A stretch of 61,833 nucleotides of DNA, counting the filler. It is 6 parts of 6 records of this genome, joined end to end, with 100 filler letters (N's around TTAATTAATTAA, not from the genome) between each part and the next. Parts side by side here need not be neighbours in the genome. Positions count along the whole stretch, not along the records: positions 8,685 to 16,751 come from SRR31156797_24804; positions 16,852 to 26,028 come from SRR31156797_24805; 4 more parts are not named here. One strand, 5' to 3'. The notes under the pieces were generated by a model. It ran no database searches. It worked only from the letters and a program-made list of their open reading frames with translations, and was not told the origin of the DNA. The position numbers and the translations under genes were made by a program. Below are positions 8,685 to 18,967 of this stretch, in pieces (position 1 is the stretch's first letter; the number at the start of each line of letters is the position of its first letter).

Positions 8685-11320
8685 ATATTGGAGGCCATCG
8701 CTTCTACACCAAAATACAAGAGGTACAGCAGCTCTGGTTGAAAATGTTAGGGACGGAATTCTTGAAGGTTCCTCGGATTTCCCACATGTATTATCAGGGT
8801 CGGTTTTTTCCATATCCATTAGAATTTATTAAAACAATTTCTGAATTGGGCGTGTATCAGAGCTTTCAAGCCCTCCTGAGTTATTGCAGGGCCAAATTAT
8901 TCCCATGTGATGAAGAGAAGACGGTGGAGCAGTGGCTTTCCAATCGTTTTGGTCGTTACCTCTACGAAGCTTTTTTTGAAAGCTACACTGAGAAAGTCTG
9001 GGGTCTCACATGTGGGCAGATGCCGGCTGATTGGGTAATTCAACGGATTAAAGGCCTTTCCTTTGTGAGCGCTTTGTCCAACTCCCTTGTGGGCAATCAT
9101 AAAGTGAAAACTTTGATTCCGGAATTCTATTATCCCCGGGAGGGTCCGGGAATGATGTGGCATCAGTTTTTCGAGGCAATCATCGCAGGAGGAGGGCAAA
9201 TAAATCTTGATTCGGAAGTAATTCAATACAATCGAAAAGGGCCTAACATCATCAGTATTCACTATCAGCAATTTGGAAAAAAATTTGAAATGCCCGTTGA
9301 AAATGTGATTTCAAGCGCCCCCATAACCCGGCTCGTGGCGCAAATGGATCCCATGGTACCGGAACCGGTCCTGGCAGCTTCAAATCGTCTTTCCTATCGT
9401 TCAATTGTCGTTGTTATTCTTATTGTCGATAAAAAGGACGTTTTTCCCGGGCAATGGATTTACATACACGAGCCGAATGTGAGGGTCGGGCGTATTCAGA
9501 ACTTCAAAAACTGGAGCAAGGGAATGGTTCCCGATGGGAACAAAACAAGTTTGGGGATGGAATTCTTCTGCAGTGAGGGAGATGATATTTGGAACTTGAA
9601 TGATCGTGAGATGGCCGATTTGGCATTGGGGGAATTTGCCGCGCTGGGGTTTGGCACAATGGATGATGTCGGTGATATGAAGGTTGTGCGTCAACCGAAG
9701 GCATATCCGGTATATGACCTTGAATATGAAACCAACCTCAGGGTGATTCGAGATTTCCTCAAGACCTTCAGCAACATTCAGTCCATAGGCCGCAACGGCA
9801 TGCATCGCTATAACAATATGGACCACTCCATGTATACGGGAATGCTGGCGGCTCGGAACATTTTTAACGGAAAATACGACCTTTGGTCGGTCAACGATGA
9901 AAACTATTTTGAAGAAAGAAAACTGGAAAAAAATAGGGGCGGCATCGCCTTTCGGGAGATTCAGGCGGAAAAAAATCCAGGAAAAAACCAACCACGAACC
10001 CATTGGGGTCCTGCTTTTTCAATGGCTTCCCTGGCCCTGTTATCCATTCTGGTTTTTACCTCAATGGTATTTCTTGTGCGTGACCGGGGGTATGTTTTCA
10101 AAGGTGATGGACTTTATTATTATGTCTATGCCCGTTCCATCCTTTATGATGGTGACCTTGATTTTTCTAACGAATTAAACTCTTTTTCCAAATGGGAAAC
10201 GAAAAGGGCTGCACAGAGCATTGGCCCCTCAGGTAGACCCAAAAACAAACTTTCAATGGGGACCGCTCTGCTGATCGGGCCATTCTACGGCCCCATAAGT
10301 GCCATGGCGGGACCTTGGCTATTTGGAAAATCAGCGCCTTTCCCGTGGCTCCTCGATCAGTCCATCTTCTCTTTTGGAGGGATTCTTGTCGGTTTCTTGG
10401 GCCTTTGGTTCTCCTATGTGTTTGTTTCCTACCATTTTCCCGGAAAAGATAGCTTGATCTGTACCCTTATCCTGTGGGCCTGCTCACCTTTAATATATTA
10501 TTGCACTCGTGAACCGTTCATGTCACATCTCCCTTCACTTTTTTGTACGGCCCTGTTCCTGACATTGTGGAAAAAACCGTCCCTATCCCCACCCCTAAGG
10601 ACTTTTTTAATGTGCATGACAGGCGCTTTGACGTTTATAACCAGACCTCAAGACGCCTCAATTTTGCTGGTGCCCGTGGCCGGTTTCCTTTTGGCCGGTT
10701 TTGAAATGAAACCGGCTGTTCGGAAAGGTTTTGGCTTGACAATCCTTTATTGTTTCTTGGGGTTTGCCGGGATCATGTTGATTCAGATGACTGCGTGGCA
10801 TTCCATGTACGGCGAGTTTTTGGTGAATACCTATCACGAAGCGGGTGAAGGGTTCATCCATTGGAAAAACCCTTTTATTTTTTCGGTATTATTCTCTTCG
10901 AACCACGGTTTGATTAGTTGGCATCCCCTGATCGCCTTTTGCCTTGTGGGTTTCGTATTCACGCCCAAACCATTTAAAAATATAGCCTTGGCCCTTATTC
11001 TATGGTTTGCTGTTCAATTGTACATAACAGCGTCATGGCATGGATGGAGTATGGGCGTTTCATTCGGCAACAGGGCGTTCATAAGTTTGACGCCGGTTTT
11101 TATTTTTGGCTTGACCTCCCTTTACCGCTGCTTGAAGACGCCTTGGAAAAAACGCTTGTTCTTTTCAATGGCCGGTCTGCTCTTTTTGTGGAATGTTACC
11201 TTGATGCTTGCGTTCCTTTCAGAGCTGATTCCTTACAACGGCATTTTTTCCTGGTGGGATTTGATTCGGCATCTCCCTGAATTGCACAGCAGTATCTTAG
11301 AGAAGATTTCGACCCTGTAG
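8685..11320 (+). CDS. 5'-truncated FAD-dependent oxidoreductase (UDP-galactopyranose mutase/HemY-like) fused to a multi-TM GT-C-like glycosyltransferase domain
   Basis: Frame is open from the contig edge (IGGHRFYTK). YTEKVWG, FYYPREGPGMMW and GRNGMHRYNNMDHSM are followed in frame by a TM helix, GDGLYYYVYARSILYDGDLDFSNE and many further TM helices. Confidence 0.8.
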
Positions 11321-11325
11321 GGTTC

Positions 11326-12747
11326 GTGAAAATCTCATGCCGGCAGGAGACGGATGAAACAATGTTCGGTTTTTGGGCACGGAAAAAGAGGAGGGCGCAT
11401 ATGGTGTGGTTGGACCTGGGTCGTTTTGGCGATCTGGTCCATCCTGACGGCCCCCATGAGCAGTGGCAGGATCACGGTTTGGGGCTCTTGAGAACGATTC
11501 TTCATGAAAACGGCATTAAAACCGATGTGCTATCCACCCGTCTGGTGACGTCTTGGCCGAGGTTGCAGAAACAATTGCAGGGCTATGAAATGATGCTCAT
11601 GAATGTTCGGAGTTATAACTTTCCAATGGCGCGGAAAGCGGCCCGGATTTTCAAAAAGGTCAATCCTGACGGAATTGTATTGGTGGGTGGCATACACGCC
11701 TCCGTGGCTCTCAAAGAAATGGTTGAAGTGGAAGATTTTGACCACATCTGCAAGGGGCCGGGTGAAAAGATAATTTTCGATTTGATTAAAGATCCCGGAG
11801 CTTACCCCCATGTCATTGAGGGAATGGGCGCCAAATCAATGGCGGAATGGCCGATGATTAACCGTTCCCTTTGGCCGCGGCCCCATGGTCGGATGCCCAA
11901 GAAATTCAAGTGGCCCCTTGAAGCGGCGTGCGGCTGGGGGCCGCCGCCGGTGGCGACGGTTCTCACAAGCCGTGTTTGTCCATGGCATTGTGTCTTTTGC
12001 AATGAGAATGCCTACATCCCAAACATGGGTCGCCGTCCCGTAGACATGGTGATTGAAGAATTAAACCGCCTGGATGATAAATTTGGCGTGGGGTCGCTGG
12101 TTATTCATGACTCCATGTTTTTTCAGAATCCCAGATGGCTCGAAGAATGGCTTGACAAGTATCCCCGAAAAGCGAAGAAACCATGGCCCTACTGGGCCGC
12201 AGCCCGCTCCGATACGGTTCGACGTTGGCCCGAACTCTTTAAGGCCTTGGTCCGGGAAACCCATTGGAACACCGTTTCCATCGGTTTTGAATCGGGCAGT
12301 AACCGTATGTTGCGCCTGCTTAACAAGGAATGCACCGAAGAAGATAACCGTTTTACCATCGAACTGCTTAATGATCTCGGTGAAGAAATGGAACGTAAAG
12401 GCCGTCGACCTCCCATGTTCTGGGCCAATATTATGATGGGTATTCCCGGAGAAACCCATGAAGATGCTTTTAAAACCATGCGTATGATGAAAACCATGCG
12501 CTATGCTTTCACATCCCTTGCATACTACGCGCCTTACCCAGGATCAGCCTTGGGTTACCAACTCATTGCTGAAGGGAAAAGCATGATGACCGAAGAAAAT
12601 TATCACCGTTTTCCCCATGACGAGAAAGTGAAAGGTGTCGATTACCGATTTTATCGGGAATTATTGGCCGGAAAATATGATGAAGAAATCCATAAGGGTT
12701 TGACCCAAATGCCAAGAGAAAGGCAGCATCCCATCAAAAGGTGTTGA
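11326..12747 (+). CDS. B12-binding-domain radical SAM protein
   Basis: CPWHCVFC (CxxxCxxC), LVGGIHAS, IGFESGS, MGIPGET, PYPGS. Start may be ATG 11362. Confidence 0.88.
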   Translation: MKISCRQETDETMFGFWARKKRRAHMVWLDLGRFGDLVHPDGPHEQWQDHGLGLLRTILHENGIKTDVLSTRLVTSWPRLQKQLQGYEMMLMNVRSYNFPMARKAARIFKKVNPDGIVLVGGIHASVALKEMVEVEDFDHICKGPGEKIIFDLIKDPGAYPHVIEGMGAKSMAEWPMINRSLWPRPHGRMPKKFKWPLEAACGWGPPPVATVLTSRVCPWHCVFCNENAYIPNMGRRPVDMVIEELNRLDDKFGVGSLVIHDSMFFQNPRWLEEWLDKYPRKAKKPWPYWAAARSDTVRRWPELFKALVRETHWNTVSIGFESGSNRMLRLLNKECTEEDNRFTIELLNDLGEEMERKGRRPPMFWANIMMGIPGETHEDAFKTMRMMKTMRYAFTSLAYYAPYPGSALGYQLIAEGKSMMTEENYHRFPHDEKVKGVDYRFYRELLAGKYDEEIHKGLTQMPRERQHPIKRC

Positions 12748-12754
12748 CCAACAT

Positions 12755-12961
12755 ATGAGCAGCTTTGTCCATCCTCACCACATGTATTTGTTCAGGATGA
12801 AAAACGGCCGGCAAAAAATTGCTTACGGGGAATCACCTGAAGACGCTCTTGAAATATTGCGCATCCGTTTAACCGGCAAGGAAATGGCGGAAATTTTGCC
12901 GGGCAGGTATATTAGAATTTCACCACGAAAATTTCAGAACTACATTGATACCTTGGGATAG
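12755..12961 (+). CDS. Small hypothetical protein (68 aa)
   Basis: ATG lies 7 nt after the radical SAM stop, and the sequence looks globular. Confidence 0.6.
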   Translation: MSSFVHPHHMYLFRMKNGRQKIAYGESPEDALEILRIRLTGKEMAEILPGRYIRISPRKFQNYIDTLG

Positions 12962-13041
12962 TTTTTCTGTCATGGGTATGCCCTTATGGTATTTTCCGTA
13001 AGATATCTTTGCGGTTTGACCGTTATTTCCGTTTGAAATTA

Positions 13042-13524
13042 TCATTTCCCCGCACGGCGCTTTGCCGCTTCCGCTTCCTTGATGAGTCCCTTTTGCTCGA
13101 GCGCTTCCGCAATAATGAGCCAGTTTTGGCTGCGAAGGGTTTTGTTGTTTTTTGCAAGGAGATTCGATTTCCTGGCCAATTGTTCCGCTTGATCCATGTT
13201 TCCCTTTTTCAGCTGGATTCCGGCCAGCATGTTCCAGGGTATGGGATCGGAAGGGTCGATCTTTATGGCACGTTCCAGGGTGGAAAAGGCATGTTCCGGT
13301 TTGCCTGCTTTCATCTGTTGCCGTGCCTTGGCCGTTAATTCCAGAACGGTTCCATGGGAATGGTACGGTTGTGCCGAAGCCCGGGCGCCCAACTCCGGCA
13401 GTTTTTTAGACGGGGGGGCGGGCTTTTTTGGGGGAATGGCCCCCTGATAGGTTGCACATGAGGTCACTAAAAAGCCTGCTGATACCAGAAGGAACAGTGT
13501 TGAATATATGCTCTTTTTTTTCAT
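13042..13524 (-). CDS. TPR lipoprotein, LpoP-like putative PBP1B activator
   Basis: Lipobox LVTSC, Pro-rich linker and TPR motifs (LERAIKIDP, AEQLARKS). ATGA overlap with mrcB. Confidence 0.75.
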   Translation of the reverse strand: MKKKSIYSTLFLLVSAGFLVTSCATYQGAIPPKKPAPPSKKLPELGARASAQPYHSHGTVLELTAKARQQMKAGKPEHAFSTLERAIKIDPSDPIPWNMLAGIQLKKGNMDQAEQLARKSNLLAKNNKTLRSQNWLIIAEALEQKGLIKEAEAAKRRAGK

Positions 13525-15863
13525 TTAAACAAATCCTTCAGCCAATCGATAAATTGTGATCCGGGGTTTTCCTTTTCTGCTTTTGCCCCGTGATCTCCTT
13601 CTTCCCCGGAAGCGGGCACTCTTTTTTCGGGTGCGGACCCCTTGATAAAGGGGATAAGCATGGCATTCCGATCCCCTTTATGGGTGGGTAGGCCTGTTCT
13701 TTCATCTACCACCACCATTTCCACGTCATCCGGTGGAACCAAAACCAGGGGCGTATTGGGAACTTGGGCCATTAACCGGCCCCACACCCGCATGGCGCCT
13801 GTTGCTCCGGTCAGTCCGCACGGCTTGTTGTCGTCCCGGCCCACCCAGACCACGGCCAGCTGATTTCCCGTAAAGCCAACAAACCAGCTGTCTCTCAAGT
13901 CGTTTGTGGTGCCGGTTTTGCCGGCCGTTCCCCATGACCGGGGGATCATCTGTTTCAGGGATGCCCCAGACCCTTTTGTCACCACCGTCTGTAAAATCAT
14001 ATTGACCAAATAGACCGGGCCGGCATGGAAATTTTGTTGTATGTGGAGCGGATACCGCTGAGGGATTGAACCATCCCTTTTATGGATGGAACGGATGGTT
14101 CGGATGGGGGAGAAAAAGCCGCCGGAGGCAAGGGTCTGATAGATCTGGGCCACCTCAAGGGGGGACATTTCCATTGCGCCCAGAAGGGATGCGGGGTACA
14201 TGGGAATTTCCCTTTCAAACCCCATTTTTTCGAGGGTTTCGAGCACGGCGGGAAGCCCCAGGTCCAGCCCGAGGCGCACGGTGGAAACGTTATGGGAATG
14301 GACCAGGGCCAGGTACAGGGGGATGGTTCCGTGATGGATCCGGTCATAATTCCTGGGGATCCAGGGTTCGCCACCCGGTCGGGGTACCCTGACGGGCCGG
14401 TCTTCAATGGGCGTCACCGGCGTATAACGGTCGGGGTCGCTCAGGGCCGTCAGAAACACGGAGGGTTTAACCAGGGAACCGATGGGCCTTTTTGCATGGA
14501 GGCCGCGGTTAAAACTTTTCGACCGGGCATTTCTTCCCCCCGCAAGGGCCAACACTTCGTTACTACCGGTAGATGTCACCACCACGCCTGCCTCAAGTTT
14601 GCCAGGTTTAAGTCGGCGCCCGACTTCAATGGCGTTTAATTCCGATAAAACGGCCTGCTCGGTTGCCAATTGAACCTGAAGATCCAGGGTGGTAAAAATG
14701 CGCAAGCCCGCCGAGCGAAGATCCGACTCGCGATATTCTTTAAGCAGTTGGCCTTTCACCAAATCCAGGTATGCGGGAAACGGACTGTTTCCTTTTGAAG
14801 GGTTGCCAATGACGCCCAATGGCGCGGTCATGGCCTGTTTTGCCATCTCCGGTGAAAGAATGCTTTGATCACGCAAAAGCGTTAACACGGTATTTCGGCG
14901 TTTAAGCGCCCTTAGAGGATGTTTACGGGGGTTATAGCGAGAAGGCCCTTTGAGCATTCCCACCAGAAGGGCGATTTCATTGGTCTTCAAGTCCTTTAAG
15001 TCTTTTCCGAAGTAAAAGGAGCTTGCCAGGCCGAATCCGTGAATGGCCCGGGTTCCGTCCTGGCCCAGATACACCTCATTGAGATAGGTTTCCAGAATTT
15101 CCCCTTTACTGAAATTCTTTTCCATGGCCACGGCCATGAACAGTTCATCCAGCTTGCGTTTAAATGATTTTTCAGGGGTCAGGAAAAAATTCTTTGCCAG
15201 TTGTTGGGAAATGGTGCTTCCGCCCTGAACTGCGTGGCCTTTTCGAATATTGACCATCAAAGCCCTTAAGATGGAGAGGGGCTCCACGCCATAATGGGTG
15301 TAAAATGTTCGGTCTTCTACGGAGATAACGGCTTTGGGCAAGAGTGGAGGCGCTGCCTTCAAGGTCAACAGCACCCTGTCTTCATTGTTTTTGGGATAGA
15401 AGGCGCCGATCATGGCAGGGGCAAGCCGCACGATTCCCGACTGAGTTTCGGAATCCATCACTTGTAGCGACTTAACCCTGTTTTTTTGAAAATTTACCTG
15501 AATTTTCCCGGAAGGTTGGCTTTCATCTTCAAACTCAAAAGAACGACGGTACAGTCTGAACAGGCCTTCCTTGCGGAAATATGTACCGGGACCGTCCAGT
15601 TGTGCCGGATTCTCAACCTTTTGGTAACGCATATGCTTCAATGCCCGCTCAAAAATTTCCGGTCTCAACCGTAACCCGGGATAGAGTTCAAGGGGCCGGG
15701 CGTATACGTGGGCGGGAAGCTCCCATAACCTGCCCTCGAATCGTTCCAGAACCATCCGGTTAAAACGGGTAAATTGGTGATAGATCACAACGCCTGTACC
15801 GAGTCCTCCCAGCAGAAGGAGAATCCCCAGAATGCGGATGTTATTTTTCCAGGTCCACTGCAT
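13521..15863 (-). CDS. mrcB: Penicillin-binding protein 1B (class A PBP with UB2H-like domain)
   Basis: GT51 motifs EDRTFYTHYG, GGSTISQQLAKN, RKLDE, YLNEVYLG. Transpeptidase motifs SLVK, SHN, KTG. N-terminal VYARPLEL. Confidence 0.93.
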   Translation of the reverse strand: MQWTWKNNIRILGILLLLGGLGTGVVIYHQFTRFNRMVLERFEGRLWELPAHVYARPLELYPGLRLRPEIFERALKHMRYQKVENPAQLDGPGTYFRKEGLFRLYRRSFEFEDESQPSGKIQVNFQKNRVKSLQVMDSETQSGIVRLAPAMIGAFYPKNNEDRVLLTLKAAPPLLPKAVISVEDRTFYTHYGVEPLSILRALMVNIRKGHAVQGGSTISQQLAKNFFLTPEKSFKRKLDELFMAVAMEKNFSKGEILETYLNEVYLGQDGTRAIHGFGLASSFYFGKDLKDLKTNEIALLVGMLKGPSRYNPRKHPLRALKRRNTVLTLLRDQSILSPEMAKQAMTAPLGVIGNPSKGNSPFPAYLDLVKGQLLKEYRESDLRSAGLRIFTTLDLQVQLATEQAVLSELNAIEVGRRLKPGKLEAGVVVTSTGSNEVLALAGGRNARSKSFNRGLHAKRPIGSLVKPSVFLTALSDPDRYTPVTPIEDRPVRVPRPGGEPWIPRNYDRIHHGTIPLYLALVHSHNVSTVRLGLDLGLPAVLETLEKMGFEREIPMYPASLLGAMEMSPLEVAQIYQTLASGGFFSPIRTIRSIHKRDGSIPQRYPLHIQQNFHAGPVYLVNMILQTVVTKGSGASLKQMIPRSWGTAGKTGTTNDLRDSWFVGFTGNQLAVVWVGRDDNKPCGLTGATGAMRVWGRLMAQVPNTPLVLVPPDDVEMVVVDERTGLPTHKGDRNAMLIPFIKGSAPEKRVPASGEEGDHGAKAEKENPGSQFIDWLKDLFK

Positions 15864-15884
15864 TAGCGATCTTCGGCCCGATTC

Positions 15885-16562
15885 CTACTTTGCCATGGAG
15901 AACGGATTGAAATTTGTATCGCTGTCATAGTAATCCACTTTCTCAAATTTTTTAACCTTATTCACGATCAAATATGTTGCCGGCATGAGAAATGTCTCAA
16001 CCATTGTTTTCATGGCCCATCCGGCCATAATGCCCGTAAAAAGCGTATGCCCTGGCATGACGCCCCCCAGGGCAACAGCATAAAAGACGGCGGTATTCAA
16101 AAACTGCCCGACCACTGTGGAGGAAATAATACGCAACCAAAGAAATCGGCCATTTGTCAACACTTTCAGTTTGGCCAGCACATAATTGTTGGAGATATCC
16201 CCTATGAATACCGCCAGCCACCCGCCCACCAGTACGCGGGGGATGATACCGAAAACCGTTTTGTAGGCAGGTCCGTCATTAAAAAAAGGTGCTGCCGGTA
16301 CAGCGACGGCGATTTGGTAAAAAATCCCGGCCAATATGGATGCCAGAAGTGTGTACCACAGGATTCTGCGCGCGCTGGCATACCCGTAAACTTCCGTGAT
16401 GATGTCCGAAATGATATAGGTGAACGGAAAATAGAGTACCGTGACGGAGACCCCATAATTGAACAACAGGACGATTTTCGCTGCGGTGGCATCGGATATG
16501 AGCTGGAATGTTACATTGAGAACCAAAAACAATGTGAGCAACCGGTACTGTTTGGAACTCAT
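15885..16562 (-). CDS. yhhQ: Queuosine precursor transporter (VUT/YhhQ family)
   Basis: FPFTYIISDIITEVYGY, LWLRIISSTVVGQ, C-terminal DYYDSDTNFNPF. Confidence 0.88.
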   Translation of the reverse strand: MSSKQYRLLTLFLVLNVTFQLISDATAAKIVLLFNYGVSVTVLYFPFTYIISDIITEVYGYASARRILWYTLLASILAGIFYQIAVAVPAAPFFNDGPAYKTVFGIIPRVLVGGWLAVFIGDISNNYVLAKLKVLTNGRFLWLRIISSTVVGQFLNTAVFYAVALGGVMPGHTLFTGIMAGWAMKTMVETFLMPATYLIVNKVKKFEKVDYYDSDTNFNPFSMAK

Positions 16563-16589
16563 CACGGCCCTTTCCAAATTTGATTTTTA

Positions 16590-16751
16590 TCAGATCCCTT
16601 TTTCATATTGGGCCTTGGTTGTGGGATGAAACATCTGTTTGAGTTCTTTTTTGACGTCGGGATTTCCACTTAGAAGATCCTCAAAAAGCATGATTGATCG
16701 GGGTTTGTCCAGCTTAATTTTCGTTTCGGTTTTTATATCTCTTAAGTCAAT
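16590..16751 (-). CDS. 3' end of an unidentified protein truncated by the contig edge
   Basis: Open frame IDLRDIKTE...KAQYEKGI* runs from the contig edge and ends shortly before yhhQ. Confidence 0.5.
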   Translation of the reverse strand: MDLRDIKTETKIKLDKPRSIMLFEDLLSGNPDVKKELKQMFHPTTKAQYEKGI

Positions 16752-16851
16752 NNNNNNNNNNNNNNNNNNNNNNNNNNNNNNNNNNNNNNNNNNNNTTAAT
16801 TAATTAANNNNNNNNNNNNNNNNNNNNNNNNNNNNNNNNNNNNNNNNNNNN
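16752..16851. other. Artificial contig linker
   Basis: N44-TTAATTAATTAA-N44. Confidence 0.99.
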
Positions 16852-17505
16852 CCAGCAGGCGTCGGACCAATAGAGCATGGCAACCTGCTTTCGGGTCACA
16901 ACACCCGTGAATACGAGAATCAGCCCGATACAGAAAGCAACACCCGGAAGGGGGATGCACTCGGTCATGAAGCAGAAGACCACAAAGACCATCATGGCAA
17001 TGGCCACCTTAATTTGCCATGCGCCCTTGTCCGCCGCTTTTAAGTCCTTTCCGGTGAGGTTCTCATATTTGAGCCCTTTTTTCCGGAGCTCCACGGACTT
17101 GTTCATGAGGTCAACAAAGGCCCGGTCACTGACATTCTCTTCAATGAACGCATGGGACCTTTTCAGATTCGGAGAATCCGCCCGGAGTTTGTACTTCTCG
17201 CACCATTTGAGGTCTCTTTTAAAAAAACGATCCTTGGAAAGGGCCCCCATCCTCATGTTCCTCTCCATGATCCGGGCGGTAAGGAGTTCCCATTGGGAAA
17301 CATCCGTACTTTTTTTCCCGAACAGCTCGGTCGTCATGAGATTCACCACGGCGTTCGGTCCCACCCGGACTTCGGTCCCCACATCCTTCATTCCATACGG
17401 GGTCGGCAAAATCAGAATTGCAAAGAACAGAACCACTGGGATAAAAAAGAGTTTCCAGTTCACATATTTATCATACCCGGTGGCTTTGGGTTTTGTTGCA
17501 GCCAT
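16852..17505 (-). CDS. DASS/SLC13 family permease, 3'-truncated
   Basis: LPTPYGM, a large hydrophilic insertion, then FCFMTECIPLPGVA and YWSDACW at the contig edge. Confidence 0.8.
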
Positions 17506-17521
17506 TTTTTCACCTCGCTTC

Positions 17522-18427
17522 TCAGGTTTTCAATATGATCCCGGCCATTTCGAAAAATATCTCTTGTTCCCTCACCACGCCGACCACTTTCCCTTCTTGG
17601 ACAACGGCCATCCGCCTCCTTTTTTCAGTAAAGAAAAGGTTGACGATCTCCATGAGATTCATATCTTGATCGATTCTGAGAGGCGCATCGGACATGACGT
17701 CTTTAATTTTTTTGTTAACGAGGCCTTTGGCCTGGGTGGTAAAAAGTCCCGACCAGAACATGGGCGAGTATTGCATGCTGTCGGCCATGGAGGGCTTCGG
17801 TGCTGAGAGATACGCGGGACGCACCCCCTTGATCAGGTCGAGGATACTCAAGATTCCCACCAGTTCTCCCATTTCGTCCATCACCAATATGGAGCGATGC
17901 CCGGTCTCCATGATCCGGCTTGTGGAGGCGGCGCTTTCAAATGATTCCTTCAATCTCACAATCCCTTCCTTGATGGTGCTCTCAGGACCGATCGTGGTAT
18001 AATCTTCAATGGGGATCATAATATCCCCTGCCTTTTTTTCTTCTCCCACGTACTCCCTGGCCGCATCCCAGGCGTCGTTTATCTTTAATGACAGGAGTCC
18101 TATGTCACACGGTTTGTTGAGATAATCAAAGGCCCCATGTTCCAATGATTCCTTTGCCGACACTCCTCCGCCGTGCCCCGTCAGCATAATGACCTGCACG
18201 TTCGGAGCGATCTTTTTGATTCGGGCCAGGGCCTCATGCCCGTCCATGCCCGGCATCCTGATATCCAGAATCACCACGTCCTGCTGCGATTTTTCCAGGA
18301 TCTCGATGGCCTCTTCACCGCTCTTCGCCACCGTTGTTTCATAACCCCTTCGGGTCAGTATCCTGCTTGTGGTGGAACGAAACTGCGGTTCGTCATCCAC
18401 CATCAAAACCTTTATCCTTTTCGTCAT
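17522..18427 (-). CDS. Response regulator with a C-terminal CBS-domain pair
   Basis: REC motifs VDDE, LDIRMPGMDG, LTGHG, KP. CBS motifs AGDIM, LVGILS, KDVMS, VVGVV. Confidence 0.88.
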   Translation of the reverse strand: MTKRIKVLMVDDEPQFRSTTSRILTRRGYETTVAKSGEEAIEILEKSQQDVVILDIRMPGMDGHEALARIKKIAPNVQVIMLTGHGGGVSAKESLEHGAFDYLNKPCDIGLLSLKINDAWDAAREYVGEEKKAGDIMIPIEDYTTIGPESTIKEGIVRLKESFESAASTSRIMETGHRSILVMDEMGELVGILSILDLIKGVRPAYLSAPKPSMADSMQYSPMFWSGLFTTQAKGLVNKKIKDVMSDAPLRIDQDMNLMEIVNLFFTEKRRRMAVVQEGKVVGVVREQEIFFEMAGIILKT

Positions 18428-18885
18428 TGTCCGTGCCCCCCGGTCTCCCTCAATATCTCCCGTGCGGACTTGCCCATGGCACGGCTCTGAGCCACCCGTA
18501 TCTTTTCTTCCAGCACCGTTCTCTTAAAAAATGCCTCCTCCGCCTTTTCCATGAGATCCCCAACATCGGCGGGTTTGGTCAGGTAATCGGTTGCGCCCAA
18601 CTTCAAACCTTCAACCGCCGATTCAATGGTGCCATGACCCGTCAGCATAATGATTTCAACCAACGGATAATTTCTCTTGATGGACTTCAGGGTCTCAATG
18701 CCGTCCATCCCCGGCATTTTTACATCCAGGATCACCACATGGATATTGTGGGTTCTCAATATTTCCAAAGCCTCGGCCCCGCTGCTTGCGGTGCAAACGT
18801 CAGCCCCTTTCCTTGACAGCAGTTTTTTGGTGGTAGTGAGGAACCTTTCTTCATCATCCACCAGCATCATCTTCATTTGTTCCAT
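18424..18885 (-). CDS. Single-domain response regulator
   Basis: VDDE, LDVKMPGMDG, LTGHG, KP. ATG 18885 follows GGAGG. Confidence 0.9.
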   Translation of the reverse strand: MEQMKMMLVDDEERFLTTTKKLLSRKGADVCTASSGAEALEILRTHNIHVVILDVKMPGMDGIETLKSIKRNYPLVEIIMLTGHGTIESAVEGLKLGATDYLTKPADVGDLMEKAEEAFFKRTVLEEKIRVAQSRAMGKSAREILRETGGHGQ

Positions 18886-18967
18886 TGATTCCCCTCCCTG
18901 AACTCCGGTTAAATAATTAATTATGAGATCGACAACAGACAGGCCCCTTTGACCCACCGGATAACCC

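Noticed and set aside
16563-16751. preQ1 riboswitch upstream of yhhQ
   Set aside because: The region is occupied by an open reading frame and no aptamer motif is recognisable.
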